Of a stretch of 64,000 bases of DNA, positions 19,201 to 30,320 are shown piece after piece. Position 1 is the stretch's first letter. Each line of letters starts with the position of its first letter. This stretch comes from Alphaproteobacteria bacterium. GTDB taxonomy: Bacteria; Pseudomonadota; Alphaproteobacteria; Bin95. Location: contig CAXXWS020000003.1 of the NCBI GenBank assembly GCA_963665325.3, positions 704,001 to 768,000 on the forward strand. Reading direction: 5' to 3'. Position numbers and translations under genes: made by a program. The notes beneath the pieces are model-generated. The model was not told where the DNA came from. It did no database searches and saw nothing but the letters and a program-made list of their open reading frames with translations.

Positions 19201-21471
19201 TCACGGTCTGCGCGGCATGGCTCGCAGCGCCCGCCAGACCTTCTCCGGGGTGATCGGCATGTCGATATGGTCCGGGCCGCCGGCGCCGAGCGCGTCGATC
19301 ACGGCATTGGCAACGGCCGCCGGCGCGGGCGTGGTGCCGCCCTCGCCGCCTCCCTTGGCGCCCAGCAGGTTGGTCCCGGTGGCAATCGCGTTGTGCGCGA
19401 CCTCGAAGAGGGGCAGGTCGTCCGCGCGCGGCACGGCGTAGTCCATGAAGGAGCCGGCAATCCTCTGCCCCTCGGCATTGTAGGCTGCGTTTTCCATCAG
19501 CGCCTGTCCGACGCCCTGTGCGACGCCGCCATGGACCTGCCCGTCCACCAGCAGCGGGTTGACGATGAGTCCTGCATCGTCCACAGCCGTGTAGCGCATA
19601 AGGCGGACCGCGCCGGTCTCCGGGTCGATCTCGACCTCGGCGACATGGCAGCCGTTGGGATAGGCGGGCAGCGGCGTCTCGATCTCCGCGACGGCGCGCA
19701 GCGGGCCTAGTTCCAGCAGGCCCGCGCTTTCGTTTCGCCCCGGCGTGCCGAACCGCCCGTCCTCGAAGACCAGGTCCTCTACCGGTGCGCCCAGCCGCAC
19801 AGCCGCACGGCTCCGTGCCGCCGCGATAATGGTGTCCGCCGTCTGGCGCAGCAGGTGTCCGCCGACCCGCATGGTGCGCGTGGAGTGGCTGCCGGAGCCC
19901 TTCTCCACCCGGTCGGTATCGCCGGTGACGAGGCGGACCCGCTCGAAGGGGATATCGAGCAGATGCGCCACAATCTGCGGCAGGGCGGTCTCATGGCCCT
20001 GGCCGCTCGACTGCGTGCCGATGACGACCTCCACGACGCCGTCCTCCGCGACCGTCATCTCCGCCCGCTCGACCGGCCAGCCGGTGGAAGTCTCGACATA
20101 ATTGGCAAGCCCGATGCCCCGCAGCCGGCCCCGGCCGGCCGCCTCCTGCCGCCTTGCCTCGAAGCCTTCCCAGTCGGAGAGCCGGAGCGCCATTTCCTGG
20201 CCCCGGTGGAAGTTGCCGCTGTCATAGACGACGCCGAGCGCGTTGCGGTAAGGCAGTTCGCCGACGAGGTTGCGTTCGCGCAGCGCCACCCGGTCGATGC
20301 CGGTTTCGCGGGCGGCCTTGTCGATCAGGCGTTCCAGCACGAAGGTCGCTTCCGGCCGCCCCGCGCCGCGATATGCGGTGACCGGCACGCTGTTGGTGAG
20401 CACACCTTTCATCGCCGTCTCGGCGGCCGGGATGTCGTAGAGGCCGGTCATGACGGTCGGCCCGCGCGCGATGGGCACGAAGGTGACCGCGTGGCTGCCG
20501 AGATTGCCCGTGTTGAAGCTGCGCATGGCGAGGAAGCGCCCGTCCGCATCGAGCGCCAGCTCCGCCTCGGTCACGAGGTCGCGCCCATCGTAGTCGCCGA
20601 GAAAGGCCTCGGACCGCGTGGCCGTCCAGCGCACCGGGCGCCTCAGCCGCCAGGCCGCCCAGGCGACCAGGGTGAACTCGGGATAGAGGCTGTTGCGGGT
20701 GCCGTAGCCGCCACCGACATCCTCCGACACGACGCGGATGCGCTCTGCCGGCCAGCCGAAGACGTGGCAAAGCTCGCGGTGGAAGCGGTTGACGCCTTGC
20801 CCGCCCGCCCAGAGCGTCAGCTTCCCGGCAGCCGCGTCCCAGTCGGCGAGCGCGGCGCGCGGCTCCATCGGGATGCCGTTCACGCGGTTGTTCACGGTCT
20901 CGATGCGCACGACATGGGCAGCGGCGGCGAAGGCCGCGGCAACGGCTTCCGCATCGCCCTTGTAATCGTCCACCGAGAGATTGCCGGGAACTTCGTCCCA
21001 GAGCGCGATAGCGTCGGGCGCGAGCGCAGCATGCACATCCGGAGCGGCAGGCAGCGGCGCATAACGGGCCTCGACCGCCTCGGCCCCCGCCAACGCCTCG
21101 GCCGCGGTACCGGCGACGACCATCGCGACCGCCTCGCCGACCCGCCTGACCCGGTCGTCGGCAAGCGGCGCCAGCGCCGGATAGACGACCGGGCGGCCGT
21201 CGCGGTTCCTGAGCTCGACGTCCTTCGGGTTGCCCTGCGCCGGCATCGGGCGCATGCCGTCGCCCGCATAGTCCGCGGCGGTCAGCACGGCCGCCACGCC
21301 CGGCAAGCGCGCCGCTTTCTCCGTCTCCACCCCTTCCAGCCGGGCATGGGCGTGCGGGCTGCGGGCGAAGGCGGCGTGGAGCTGGCCGGGCAGCGCACGG
21401 TCGTCCGAAAACCGCCCGCGCCCCGTCAGCAACCGGAAATCCTCCACCCGGCGAATGGAACGGCCGATCAT
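19201..21471 (-). CDS. Xanthine dehydrogenase family molybdopterin-binding subunit (CoxL form II-like)
   Basis: RSPHAHA, DVGGGYG, AYRGAGRPE, GQGHET, KGGGEGG. Confidence 0.9.
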   Translation of the reverse strand: MIGRSIRRVEDFRLLTGRGRFSDDRALPGQLHAAFARSPHAHARLEGVETEKAARLPGVAAVLTAADYAGDGMRPMPAQGNPKDVELRNRDGRPVVYPALAPLADDRVRRVGEAVAMVVAGTAAEALAGAEAVEARYAPLPAAPDVHAALAPDAIALWDEVPGNLSVDDYKGDAEAVAAAFAAAAHVVRIETVNNRVNGIPMEPRAALADWDAAAGKLTLWAGGQGVNRFHRELCHVFGWPAERIRVVSEDVGGGYGTRNSLYPEFTLVAWAAWRLRRPVRWTATRSEAFLGDYDGRDLVTEAELALDADGRFLAMRSFNTGNLGSHAVTFVPIARGPTVMTGLYDIPAAETAMKGVLTNSVPVTAYRGAGRPEATFVLERLIDKAARETGIDRVALRERNLVGELPYRNALGVVYDSGNFHRGQEMALRLSDWEGFEARRQEAAGRGRLRGIGLANYVETSTGWPVERAEMTVAEDGVVEVVIGTQSSGQGHETALPQIVAHLLDIPFERVRLVTGDTDRVEKGSGSHSTRTMRVGGHLLRQTADTIIAAARSRAAVRLGAPVEDLVFEDGRFGTPGRNESAGLLELGPLRAVAEIETPLPAYPNGCHVAEVEIDPETGAVRLMRYTAVDDAGLIVNPLLVDGQVHGGVAQGVGQALMENAAYNAEGQRIAGSFMDYAVPRADDLPLFEVAHNAIATGTNLLGAKGGGEGGTTPAPAAVANAVIDALGAGGPDHIDMPITPEKVWRALRAMPRRP

Positions 21472-21610
21472 GTTTCGAACTCCGCGCCGATAGGCGCCGC
21501 CAGCTTATGCCCGGCCTTCTTGCGCCGCGAGGTCTTTCGACGCCGGCAGGCCTTCAACTTCGGTGCACGGAGGAGTATTTCCACGACCGGCTGGCGGAGG
21601 ATTGTCTGCG

Positions 21611-21979
21611 ATGACCGGCGTTCGTTGGGCCTGCTTCCTTCCGGCGGCGTTGCTATGGCTTCCCGCCGGCGTTGCGGCGGCGATGCTGGCGCGAATATTC
21701 CCGCTGCCGGTCGATGCCGGGCAATGGTGGGTGCCGGTCGCCGCAATGCCTTGCGGGCTGCCGCTGGCCGGGGCTTGGCTCGCGCTCCGCCGCGCCGGAC
21801 GGAAGGGGATGGCGTGGGCGGTCGCAGCGCCGCTCGGCGCGCTCACGGCGCCGGTTACGCTGGCCGGCAGCGTATCGGGGTCCTGGAGCATGGCCTGCTA
21901 CGCGATCCTCCTCAGCCTGCCGGCCTGGTCGGCATACGGAGCCCTGCGCCGCCTGGATGCGGCGATTGACCGCCCGTGA
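21611..21979 (+). CDS. Small hydrophobic membrane protein of unknown function
   Basis: GGAGG RBS upstream; about four hydrophobic segments. Confidence 0.6.
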   Translation: MTGVRWACFLPAALLWLPAGVAAAMLARIFPLPVDAGQWWVPVAAMPCGLPLAGAWLALRRAGRKGMAWAVAAPLGALTAPVTLAGSVSGSWSMACYAILLSLPAWSAYGALRRLDAAIDRP

Positions 21980-23143
<1,164 letters not shown>

Positions 23144-23168
23144 TCCGCCGGGCGGAGGGCAGAGGGCG

Positions 23169-23675
23169 ATGAAGACGCTGCTGCTGCTTCGCCACGCCAA
23201 GGCCGGCGTCGGCGCGCCCGACCGCGACCGGGGGTTGACGGGGCGCGGGCGCCGCCAGTCCGCCGCCGCCGGGCGCTACCTCGCCGCCGAGGATCTGCTG
23301 CCCGACCTTGTGATCTGCTCGGACGCCCGCCGCACGCGCGAGACGCTGGACGGCCTCGGGCTGGAGGACGGCACGGCAGCGATCTTCACCCCCGAGCTCT
23401 ATGACGGCCATGTGCCGGAACTGCTGGACCTCGTGCGCGGAATCGAGGCGGCGGACGTCTCGCGCGTGCTGGTGATCGGCCACAACCCGACGGTCTCGGA
23501 TGCCGGGCGCTTCCTCGCCCGCGAGGGCGACCGGGCGTCGCTCTCGCGCCTGGCGCTGGGCATGCCGACCTCCGGGCTCGCGGTGCTGAAATTCGAGGCC
23601 GCAAGCTGGAGCGCGGTCGGCGCGGGCACGCTCACCCGGCTGCTCCGCCCCGCCGACTATCCCGAGGCGGACTGA
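23169..23675 (+). CDS. sixA: SixA-like histidine phosphatase
   Basis: LLRHAK, SDARRTRET, IGHNP. Confidence 0.8.
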   Translation: MKTLLLLRHAKAGVGAPDRDRGLTGRGRRQSAAAGRYLAAEDLLPDLVICSDARRTRETLDGLGLEDGTAAIFTPELYDGHVPELLDLVRGIEAADVSRVLVIGHNPTVSDAGRFLAREGDRASLSRLALGMPTSGLAVLKFEAASWSAVGAGTLTRLLRPADYPEAD

Positions 23676-23774
23676 ACCCACCGCCCCGCCGGCCCTGCGC
23701 ATCGCGCGGGTACTTCCGCCTGAGCCTGAATGCCTCTAAGGTCGCCCCTGCTGTAAAACCCAGGGAGGCTCTAC

Positions 23775-24896
23775 ATGCTCATCCGCACCGCACTCACCGG
23801 CCTTGCCGCGGCGGCGCTTGCAACAGCCGGCGCTCTGTCGGCTACAGCGGCGCCGGAACCCGTCAAGATCCGCATCGCGTCCGACCACACGCCGCCGCCG
23901 CATCCGGCCGCGCTGGCCGAAATCCTGTTCCAGGAGCGCCTCGCAGAGGAAATCCCGGGCTCCGAGGTCCTGCTGTTCCCGTCCAAGGCGCTCTATTCGG
24001 TGCCGGAGGCGGTCGAAGCCATGACCGAGGGCAATCTGGAGATGACCTGGGGCCAGTTCGGCAAGACCGCCCAGGTCGATCCGTTCATGGCCGTGGTGGT
24101 GGGCCCGATGCTGCTGACCACGCCCGGCGCCATCGACGCGATCGACGGCTTCGAGACCTACGCCATGCTGGTGAAGCGCTTCGAAGAGCTGCATGACATC
24201 AAGATCTTCGGCTCCGCCCATCTCAGCTTCTACATGGGCGCGGGCTCCGGCTCCCGCTTGCTCGAGCCGGCCGATTTCGCCGGCCGCAAGATCCGCTCCA
24301 TGAGCCCGGTCGAGAACGCCGCGCTGTCGGCCTGGGGCGCGAACCCGACCACCATGGCCTTTGGCGATGTGCCGCCGGCGCTCGAGACCGGCGTCATCGA
24401 CGGCCTGCTGACCAGCCTCGGCGGCTTCAATGTCGTCAAGGACCAGGCGCCCTACTTCACCGTCGCCGGCATCAACGGCATCGTCGGCGACTATTACTGG
24501 ATCGGCGCCAGCATGAGCTGGTGGAACTCGCTCGACGGCGAGCAGCAGGCGATTATCGAAAGGCTGATCGTCGAGGAGATGCTGCCCTTCGGGAAGAAGG
24601 CGAACTGGTGCAACGACAAGCGCATGATCGACAAGTACGGCACCGAGGATCCCTCCAAGCCCGGCATCTACATCATGACGGCCGATGAGGCCGGCGTGTT
24701 GGCTGACGCGCTCGGCTCCGGCACGGCGGACCATATCAAGAAGAGCACCCCGGGCGAGGCCGACGAGTGGGTGGACAAGTTCGCCATGGAAGCGAAAGCG
24801 GCGGTCGCCGCCAACCCGATGGGCTCGCACTGGCTCGAGGACACCGACTGTTCCGAGATCGAGCCCTGGTTCGAGCGCTTCGCCAAGAAGAAGTAG
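23775..24896 (+). CDS. dctP: TRAP transporter substrate-binding protein
   Basis: Signal peptide, DFAGRKIRS, ALETGVIDG; followed by small and large permease genes. Confidence 0.88.
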   Translation: MLIRTALTGLAAAALATAGALSATAAPEPVKIRIASDHTPPPHPAALAEILFQERLAEEIPGSEVLLFPSKALYSVPEAVEAMTEGNLEMTWGQFGKTAQVDPFMAVVVGPMLLTTPGAIDAIDGFETYAMLVKRFEELHDIKIFGSAHLSFYMGAGSGSRLLEPADFAGRKIRSMSPVENAALSAWGANPTTMAFGDVPPALETGVIDGLLTSLGGFNVVKDQAPYFTVAGINGIVGDYYWIGASMSWWNSLDGEQQAIIERLIVEEMLPFGKKANWCNDKRMIDKYGTEDPSKPGIYIMTADEAGVLADALGSGTADHIKKSTPGEADEWVDKFAMEAKAAVAANPMGSHWLEDTDCSEIEPWFERFAKKK

Positions 24897-24907
24897 CCCT
24901 GCCGTCG

Positions 24908-24936
24908 CTGCGGGGGGCCGCGCGGCCCCCCCGCAG
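24908..24936 (+). terminator. Stem-loop after dctP (attenuator or mRNA stabiliser)
   Basis: ctgcggggggccg-cg-cggcccccccgcag near-perfect hairpin followed by ttccttc. Confidence 0.6.
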
Positions 24937-24970
24937 TTCCTTCACTTCCACGAGAGTGCGAGACGGCGCC

Positions 24971-25567
24971 ATGACCGACAGTTCCGCCGAGATGCCCGAA
25001 CCCGTCGGCTTCGACCTGGCCATGGACCGTGCTTACCGCGGCCTGCATTTTCTGCTCGACGAGGTGGTGGCCCGCATCGCCGCCGTCATCCTGCTTAGCG
25101 GCACCTTGCTCGCCTGCATCGAAATCGTGCGCCGCTACATTCTGGGCGTCGTGTTCGACTGGGGGCAGGACGCCGTCACCTATGTCTCCATCGCGGCAGT
25201 CTTCATCTATTTCGCCGTCACCCAGGCCTCGCGCTCGCATCTGGCTGTGCTGGCCCTTCTGGACCTGCTGCGCAGCCGGGGCTATGTCCGCATCGTGCTG
25301 ACGATCCGGGTGTTCGTGTCCGGCATCTCGCTCACCCTGTTCACCGCCCTTGCATATTGGGGCCTGCCGGCGGTGGAACGCGCCGAGAAGCTCGGCCGCA
25401 CCACCCAGAGCATGGTGATCTATATCTGGCCGTTCCAGGCCTGCCTGGTCATCGCGTTTGCGCTGATGGCGATCGTCACCTTCTTCCACCTCTACCAGGA
25501 TGTGCAGGCGCTGCGCGGCAAGACCGTGTTCCCCTGGGCGCCGGTCGAGGAAGGGATCGAGATTTAG
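24971..25567 (+). CDS. dctQ: TRAP transporter small permease
   Basis: Four TM segments, IVRRYILG, position between dctP and dctM. Confidence 0.85.
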   Translation: MTDSSAEMPEPVGFDLAMDRAYRGLHFLLDEVVARIAAVILLSGTLLACIEIVRRYILGVVFDWGQDAVTYVSIAAVFIYFAVTQASRSHLAVLALLDLLRSRGYVRIVLTIRVFVSGISLTLFTALAYWGLPAVERAEKLGRTTQSMVIYIWPFQACLVIAFALMAIVTFFHLYQDVQALRGKTVFPWAPVEEGIEI

Positions 25568-25568
25568 C

Positions 25569-26852
25569 ATGGGCGCGCTCGGCACCGGCCTGATCGCGCT
25601 TCTGGCCATCGGCGCGCCCATCGGCGTTGCGCTCGGCGGGGCGGCGGTCGCCTTCATCCTCTACGACCCGGTGCTTTCGGCGAACACCGCCTTTCGCGCC
25701 TTCTTCAGCTTCGTCAACAAATACACGCTCATGGCGATCCCGTTCTTCATCTATGCGGGCTTCCTCATGGAGCGCACGGGGCTGATCTCCAAGCTGTTCA
25801 AGTTCGCGGACGCCATCATCGGCTGGCTGCCGGGCGGCTTCGCCTACGCCACCCTGATCGCGGCCGTGCTGTTCGGCGCCATCTCCGGCTCCAGCACCGC
25901 CATGGCGGCGGCGATGGGCGTCATCGCCTATCCGGAGATGATCCGGCGCGGCTACCCGGTGTGGATGGCGGCCGGGGTGATCGCCTGCGGCGGCGGCATC
26001 GCGATCCTGATTCCGCCTTCGATCACGCTCATCCTGTTCGGCATCATCACCGAGGAGTCCATCGTCAAGCTGTTCTTCGCCGGCTTCGTGCCCGGCGTCC
26101 TGCTGGCGGTCTCGGATGCGGTCATCATCGTCTTCATCGCCTGGAAGCTGAAACTGCCCGCCGGCACGTTCAGCATGAAGAACCTCGGGGAATCGACCGT
26201 CGAGGCGCTGCCGGCGATCTTGATGCCGGTCTTCGTGCTGGGCGGGCTCTATGGCGGCGTGTTCACGCCGACGGAGGCGGGCGCGGCGTCGTGCGCCTAT
26301 GCGCTGATCTACGGCCTGGCGGCCCGGCGTGGCGCGTTCCTGCGCGAGCTGCTGCCGACGACCATGCGCGCGGCCAACCTCACCGCCATCGTCTTCTTCC
26401 TGCTGGGCTGCGTCGGCGTCTTCCAGTTCCTGCTCGCCAACAAGGGCTGGCCGCAGGACGTCGCCAATTGGGTCGGCACGCTGGGCCTCTCGGCCATGGG
26501 CTTCCTCATCGTGCTGCTGATCGTGCTGCTGATCCTGTCCATGTTCCTGACGGGCGTGGCGATCCTGGCGCTGACCGTGCCGATCATCTACCCGGTCTCG
26601 CTGACGCTCGGCATCGACCCGATCCATCTCGGCATATTGTTCGCGCTGGCGGTGGAGATGGGCGGCGTGATCCCGCCGGTAGGCCTTAACCTGTTCGCTG
26701 TGAGCGGCACCACCGGGGTGCCGGTGACAAGGGTGATGAAGGGCGCGATCCCGTTCCTGTGTACGGACGGCATCGTGCTGGTCCTGGTGCTGCTCTTCCC
26801 CATCCTCGCCCTCTGGCTCCCCAACTCCATGGTCCAGTCGGTGTTCAACTAG
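25569..26852 (+). CDS. dctM: TRAP transporter large permease
   Basis: AIPFF, FGAISGSS, ILIPPSI, FTPTEAG, PPVGLNLF. Confidence 0.92.
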   Translation: MGALGTGLIALLAIGAPIGVALGGAAVAFILYDPVLSANTAFRAFFSFVNKYTLMAIPFFIYAGFLMERTGLISKLFKFADAIIGWLPGGFAYATLIAAVLFGAISGSSTAMAAAMGVIAYPEMIRRGYPVWMAAGVIACGGGIAILIPPSITLILFGIITEESIVKLFFAGFVPGVLLAVSDAVIIVFIAWKLKLPAGTFSMKNLGESTVEALPAILMPVFVLGGLYGGVFTPTEAGAASCAYALIYGLAARRGAFLRELLPTTMRAANLTAIVFFLLGCVGVFQFLLANKGWPQDVANWVGTLGLSAMGFLIVLLIVLLILSMFLTGVAILALTVPIIYPVSLTLGIDPIHLGILFALAVEMGGVIPPVGLNLFAVSGTTGVPVTRVMKGAIPFLCTDGIVLVLVLLFPILALWLPNSMVQSVFN

Positions 26853-26883
26853 CGCGCGTCGCCTGCACAGGGAGGACCGCCAT

Positions 26884-27336
26884 ATGTCCGAGACCGGAAG
26901 CCGGAGCGCAAGCGAACCCTCTGCAACCCACCACGCCCCCGTCGTCCGCCGCCCTTCGGACCATCCGGGCCATGCGGGCCGCTTCGCCAATGTCACGCGG
27001 ATGGTCTTCCACCCGACGCCGGAACGCCCGAACACGCCCAATGCCGGTCTCGTCACCTACGCGCCGGGCGCGGGATTTCCGTTGCACAGGCACGATTTCG
27101 CCCAGCTCTGGTATGTGGCCGAGGGCGAATGCCGCTTCGGCGACAGGACGCTGAAGGCCGGCGACATGGTCTATATGGAAGACCCGCATTTCGAACACGA
27201 GATGAGCACCGAGACCGGCTGTACCATCGTCTTCATGCAATATCCCGGCCCGACGACAGGCGCCCGCCCGATCTACGAAGGCCGCTTCGACGGCAGGGAG
27301 GCTGCGGAGGGCGTGAAGCCGGATCTGGAGCGGTAG
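26884..27336 (+). CDS. Cupin domain protein
   Basis: PLHRHDFAQLWYVAEGE and EDPHFEH cupin motifs; GGAGG RBS. Confidence 0.8.
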   Translation: MSETGSRSASEPSATHHAPVVRRPSDHPGHAGRFANVTRMVFHPTPERPNTPNAGLVTYAPGAGFPLHRHDFAQLWYVAEGECRFGDRTLKAGDMVYMEDPHFEHEMSTETGCTIVFMQYPGPTTGARPIYEGRFDGREAAEGVKPDLER

Positions 27337-28023
27337 GGACGGCGCTGGCCCGTCGTCAACACTCTAGATCGAAGCCCCGCCTATTCGACAAGAGTGGGGA
27401 ACTACTCCTTGCCGGGTCAGACCATTCTTTTCGGCGGGTGACCCGACAGAGCTGGCGCAAATCCTGTTGATGCCAGTATCATTCAAGGATTCTTGGACCA
27501 AGAACACCAAAAAACGGATTCTTGGTTGACTCTCAATCATCGGTATGCAATTTCAGCATAGGTATCAAAATTCAACGGCTGAACAACAACCTGTGTTGAG
27601 ACGATAATCACCTGACGGTTGGAATTGTTGGCCAAGTTGTCCGAATGGCAGCTCCAGCTTGCGAGGACTAAGGTGCCTGTCAGATTTTCTACGTTCCCTC
27701 GCACACAAATGCCCCCAATATTCACCTCAACTATTGTCGATGTATTCGACCATCACTTGACCACGATTGCTACGACTGAGCGCTCGAAGGGCTTGAACAG
27801 CGACGGCGTCCTGGCCATAATTCGCTCCGATCTTCTCAAGCTGGGCTTTAGTGTCGAGGCAAGCAAGAAAACAAGTGACAAAATCAGGCGCCCAGTTTTC
27901 TTCGGTGAGAATGCTCAGCCCGATCTTCAGTACGAGGTCGACGCATGGCATCCGCAGTGGCGAGCAGGGCTTGAAGTCGAAGCAGGGCGAGCGTGGATGG
28001 GCAATGCCATCTATCGTGATCTA

Positions 28024-28860
28024 GGTCGTGTACCCATAAGGTGTTTCGTGATTTTCGAAGATGTGATTCAAGCTCCCAACCTCAGGGAGCTTGGAGATGG
28101 GCCGCTACGATCTGACGGACTTCGAATGGCGTGTGATTGAGCCGCTGCTGCCGAACAAGCCCCGCGGCGTCCCTCGGGTGGACGATCGCCGAGTGTTGAA
28201 CGGCATTCTGTGGGTGCTTCGCACGGGGGCGCCGTGGCGTGACCTCCCGGAGCGCTACGGGCCTTATACGACCTGCTACAACCGGTTCAACCGTTGGCGC
28301 AAGAAGGGCGTCTGGGATCAGTTGATGGATGCGGTGGTGGAGGCTTACGACGGTAATGTGCAGATGATCGACAGTTCGAGCGTCCGGGTTCACCAGCACG
28401 CGGCGGGTGCAAAAAGGGGGGTCCGGATCGTTGCATGGGTCGTTCCCGCGGTGGACTGACCACGAAGATCCACGCCGTGGCGGACGTTACCGGTCTGCCG
28501 ATCCGCTACGACCTCAGCCCCGGCCAGGCACACGACAGTACGGCCGCCGGCGCTATGCTGACGCACCTGCCGCCCGACAGTTTCCTCATCGCCGACAAGG
28601 CCTATGACGCCAAATGGATCCGTGACCTGATCGAGCAACGCGATGCCGTCGCGATCATCCCCGACCGAGAAGGCGCGAAGACCAGGCACGCCTTCAGCAA
28701 ACCGTTGTATCGATTGCGAAATCGTATCGAACGCGCCTTCAACAAGCTCAAGCAGTTCCGCCGCATCGCCACCCGCTACGAAAAGCTCGCGGCCAACTTC
28801 CTGGCCATGATCAAGATCGCAACTATCAGACTCTGGCTACGTGCTTATGAGTCCACGACC
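28024..28860 (+). mobile_element. IS5-family insertion sequence (IS427-like group), copy 1, 837 bp
   Basis: 17-bp imperfect terminal inverted repeats GGTCGTGTACCCATAAG / CTTATGAGTCCACGACC, TA flanks, two overlapping transposase ORFs. Confidence 0.95.
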
Positions 28861-28863
28861 TAG
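28097..28863 (+). CDS. IS5-family transposase (orfA 28097-28459 and orfB to 28863; -1 frameshift)
   Basis: RTGAPWRDLPERYG, IDSSSVRVHQH, GRSRGGLTTKIH, ADKAYD, RIATRYEK; candidate slippery site GCAAAAAGGGGGG. Confidence 0.92.
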
Positions 28864-29699
28864 GTCGTGTACCCATAAGGTGTTTCGTGATTTTCGAAGA
28901 TGTGATTCAAGCTCCCAACCTCAGGGAGCTTGGAGATGGGCCGCTACGATCTGACGGACTTCGAATGGCGTGTGATTGAGCCGCTGCTGCCGAACAAGCC
29001 CCGCGGCGTCCCTCGGGTGGACGATCGCCGAGTGTTGAACGGCATTCTGTGGGTGCTTCGCACGGGGGCGCCGTGGCGTGACCTCCCGGAGCGCTACGGG
29101 CCTTATACGACCTGCTACAACCGGTTCAACCGCTGGCGCAAGAAGGGCGTCTGGGATCAGTTGATGGATGCGGTGGTGGAGGCTTACGACAGCAACGTGC
29201 AGATGATCGACAGTTCGAGCGTCCGGGTTCACCAGCACGCGGCGGGTGCAAAAAGGGGGGTCCGGATCGTTGCATGGGTCGTTCCCGTGGTGGACTGACC
29301 ACGAAGATCCACGCCGTGGCGGACGTTACCGGTCTGCCGATCCGCTACGACCTCAGCCCCGGCCAGGCACACGACAGCACGACCGCCGGCGCCATGCTGG
29401 CGAACCTGCCGCCCGACAGTTTCCTGATCGCCGACAAGGCCTATGACGCCAAATGGATCCGTGAGCTGATCGAGCAACGCGATGCCGTCGCGATCATCCC
29501 CGACCGAGAAGGCGCGAAGACCAGGCACGCCTTCAGCAAACTGTTGTATCGATTGCGAAATCGTATCGAACGCGCCTTCAACAAGCTCAAGCAGTTCCGC
29601 CGCATCGCCACCCGCTACGAAAAGCTCGCGGCCAACTTCCTGGCCATGATCAAGATCGCAACTATCAGACTCTGGCTACGTGCTTATGAGTCCACGACC
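28863..29699 (+). mobile_element. IS5-family insertion sequence, copy 2, 837 bp (isoform of copy 1)
   Basis: Same terminal repeats, separated from copy 1 only by TA; about 13 substitutions relative to copy 1 by manual count. Confidence 0.95.
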
Positions 29700-29702
29700 T
29701 AA
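28936..29702 (+). CDS. IS5-family transposase, copy 2 (-1 frameshift between orfA and orfB)
   Basis: Same motifs as copy 1. Confidence 0.92.
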
Positions 29703-30016
29703 TACAAGCACTGGTTATGGTAGAGATGGATCACTTGATTCTTGCTGTCCCACAGCTATATCGCTACCGGTCAGGTGGACGGGAAACCGCCAGCAGAGAC
29801 TACATAAATACTGTCTCTGTAGCGCAAGCTCTCTATGGTCACTCGCGCATCAATATGCCATTTTCCCTTTGTATAATTGGCTATTAACTCGCAATCCAAA
29901 GATCATATATCAAGCGTCATTAAACTAGAGCCAACATGTTGTTGTTGCGTCGTGTTGCTGGGAGTGATGAGCTAGATCAGGTCTTTTCGTTATCGTCCTA
30001 CGTAAGAAAATGGGTA

Positions 30017-30223
30017 ATCTGCGTGCCGGTCAACCGCATCGAGATAATCCTGAACGGCCAGAGAAGAATAACCGCAGATACGGCGCTCCGGCTTGCGAGA
30101 TATTTCGGGACGATGCCGACTCTGTGGCTGAACCTGCAAAAGACCTGGGAGCTTCGTCGGGCGGAGATCGAGACGGGCTGCGAAATTGCCGAACGGGTTG
30201 CCCCCCGCCAGTCGGCGGCATAG
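30017..30223 (+). pseudogene. higA: HigA-family antitoxin, N-terminally truncated
   Basis: VPVNRIEIILNGQRRITADTALRLARYFGT...WLNLQ; the HPGE N-terminus and a higB gene are absent. Confidence 0.75.
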
Positions 30224-30320
30224 CCGAGCGGCTGCGTCGCCCCCGGCCTCCCCACACCGTTTACTCCTCCCGGAGCGACGCAGAGCCGGGAGCCCGGCCA
30301 CCTTCTTTCCCCGCCGGCCT

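Larger units (their letters stand above)
27673..29887 (+). pseudogene. Low-GC PD-(D/E)xK-like nuclease gene disrupted by two IS5 elements
   Basis: Removing 28024-29701 restores one ~178-aa ORF: MPVRFSTFPRT...YEVDAW...LEVEAGRAWMGNAIYRDL|IQALVMVEMDHLILAVP...SLCIIGY*. Confidence 0.8.

Noticed and set aside
19201-21471. Aerobic CO dehydrogenase (form I CoxL)
   Set aside because: The active-site motif is AYRGAGR, not AYXCSFR; coxM/coxS are not adjacent and coxG is about 5.4 kb away.
27619-28140. 173-aa ORF as an intact gene
   Set aside because: Its last ~38 codons read into the IS left end; the true C-terminus lies after 29701.
28024-29699. Composite transposon formed by the two IS5 copies
   Set aside because: Only the 2-bp TA separates the copies, so there is no cargo.
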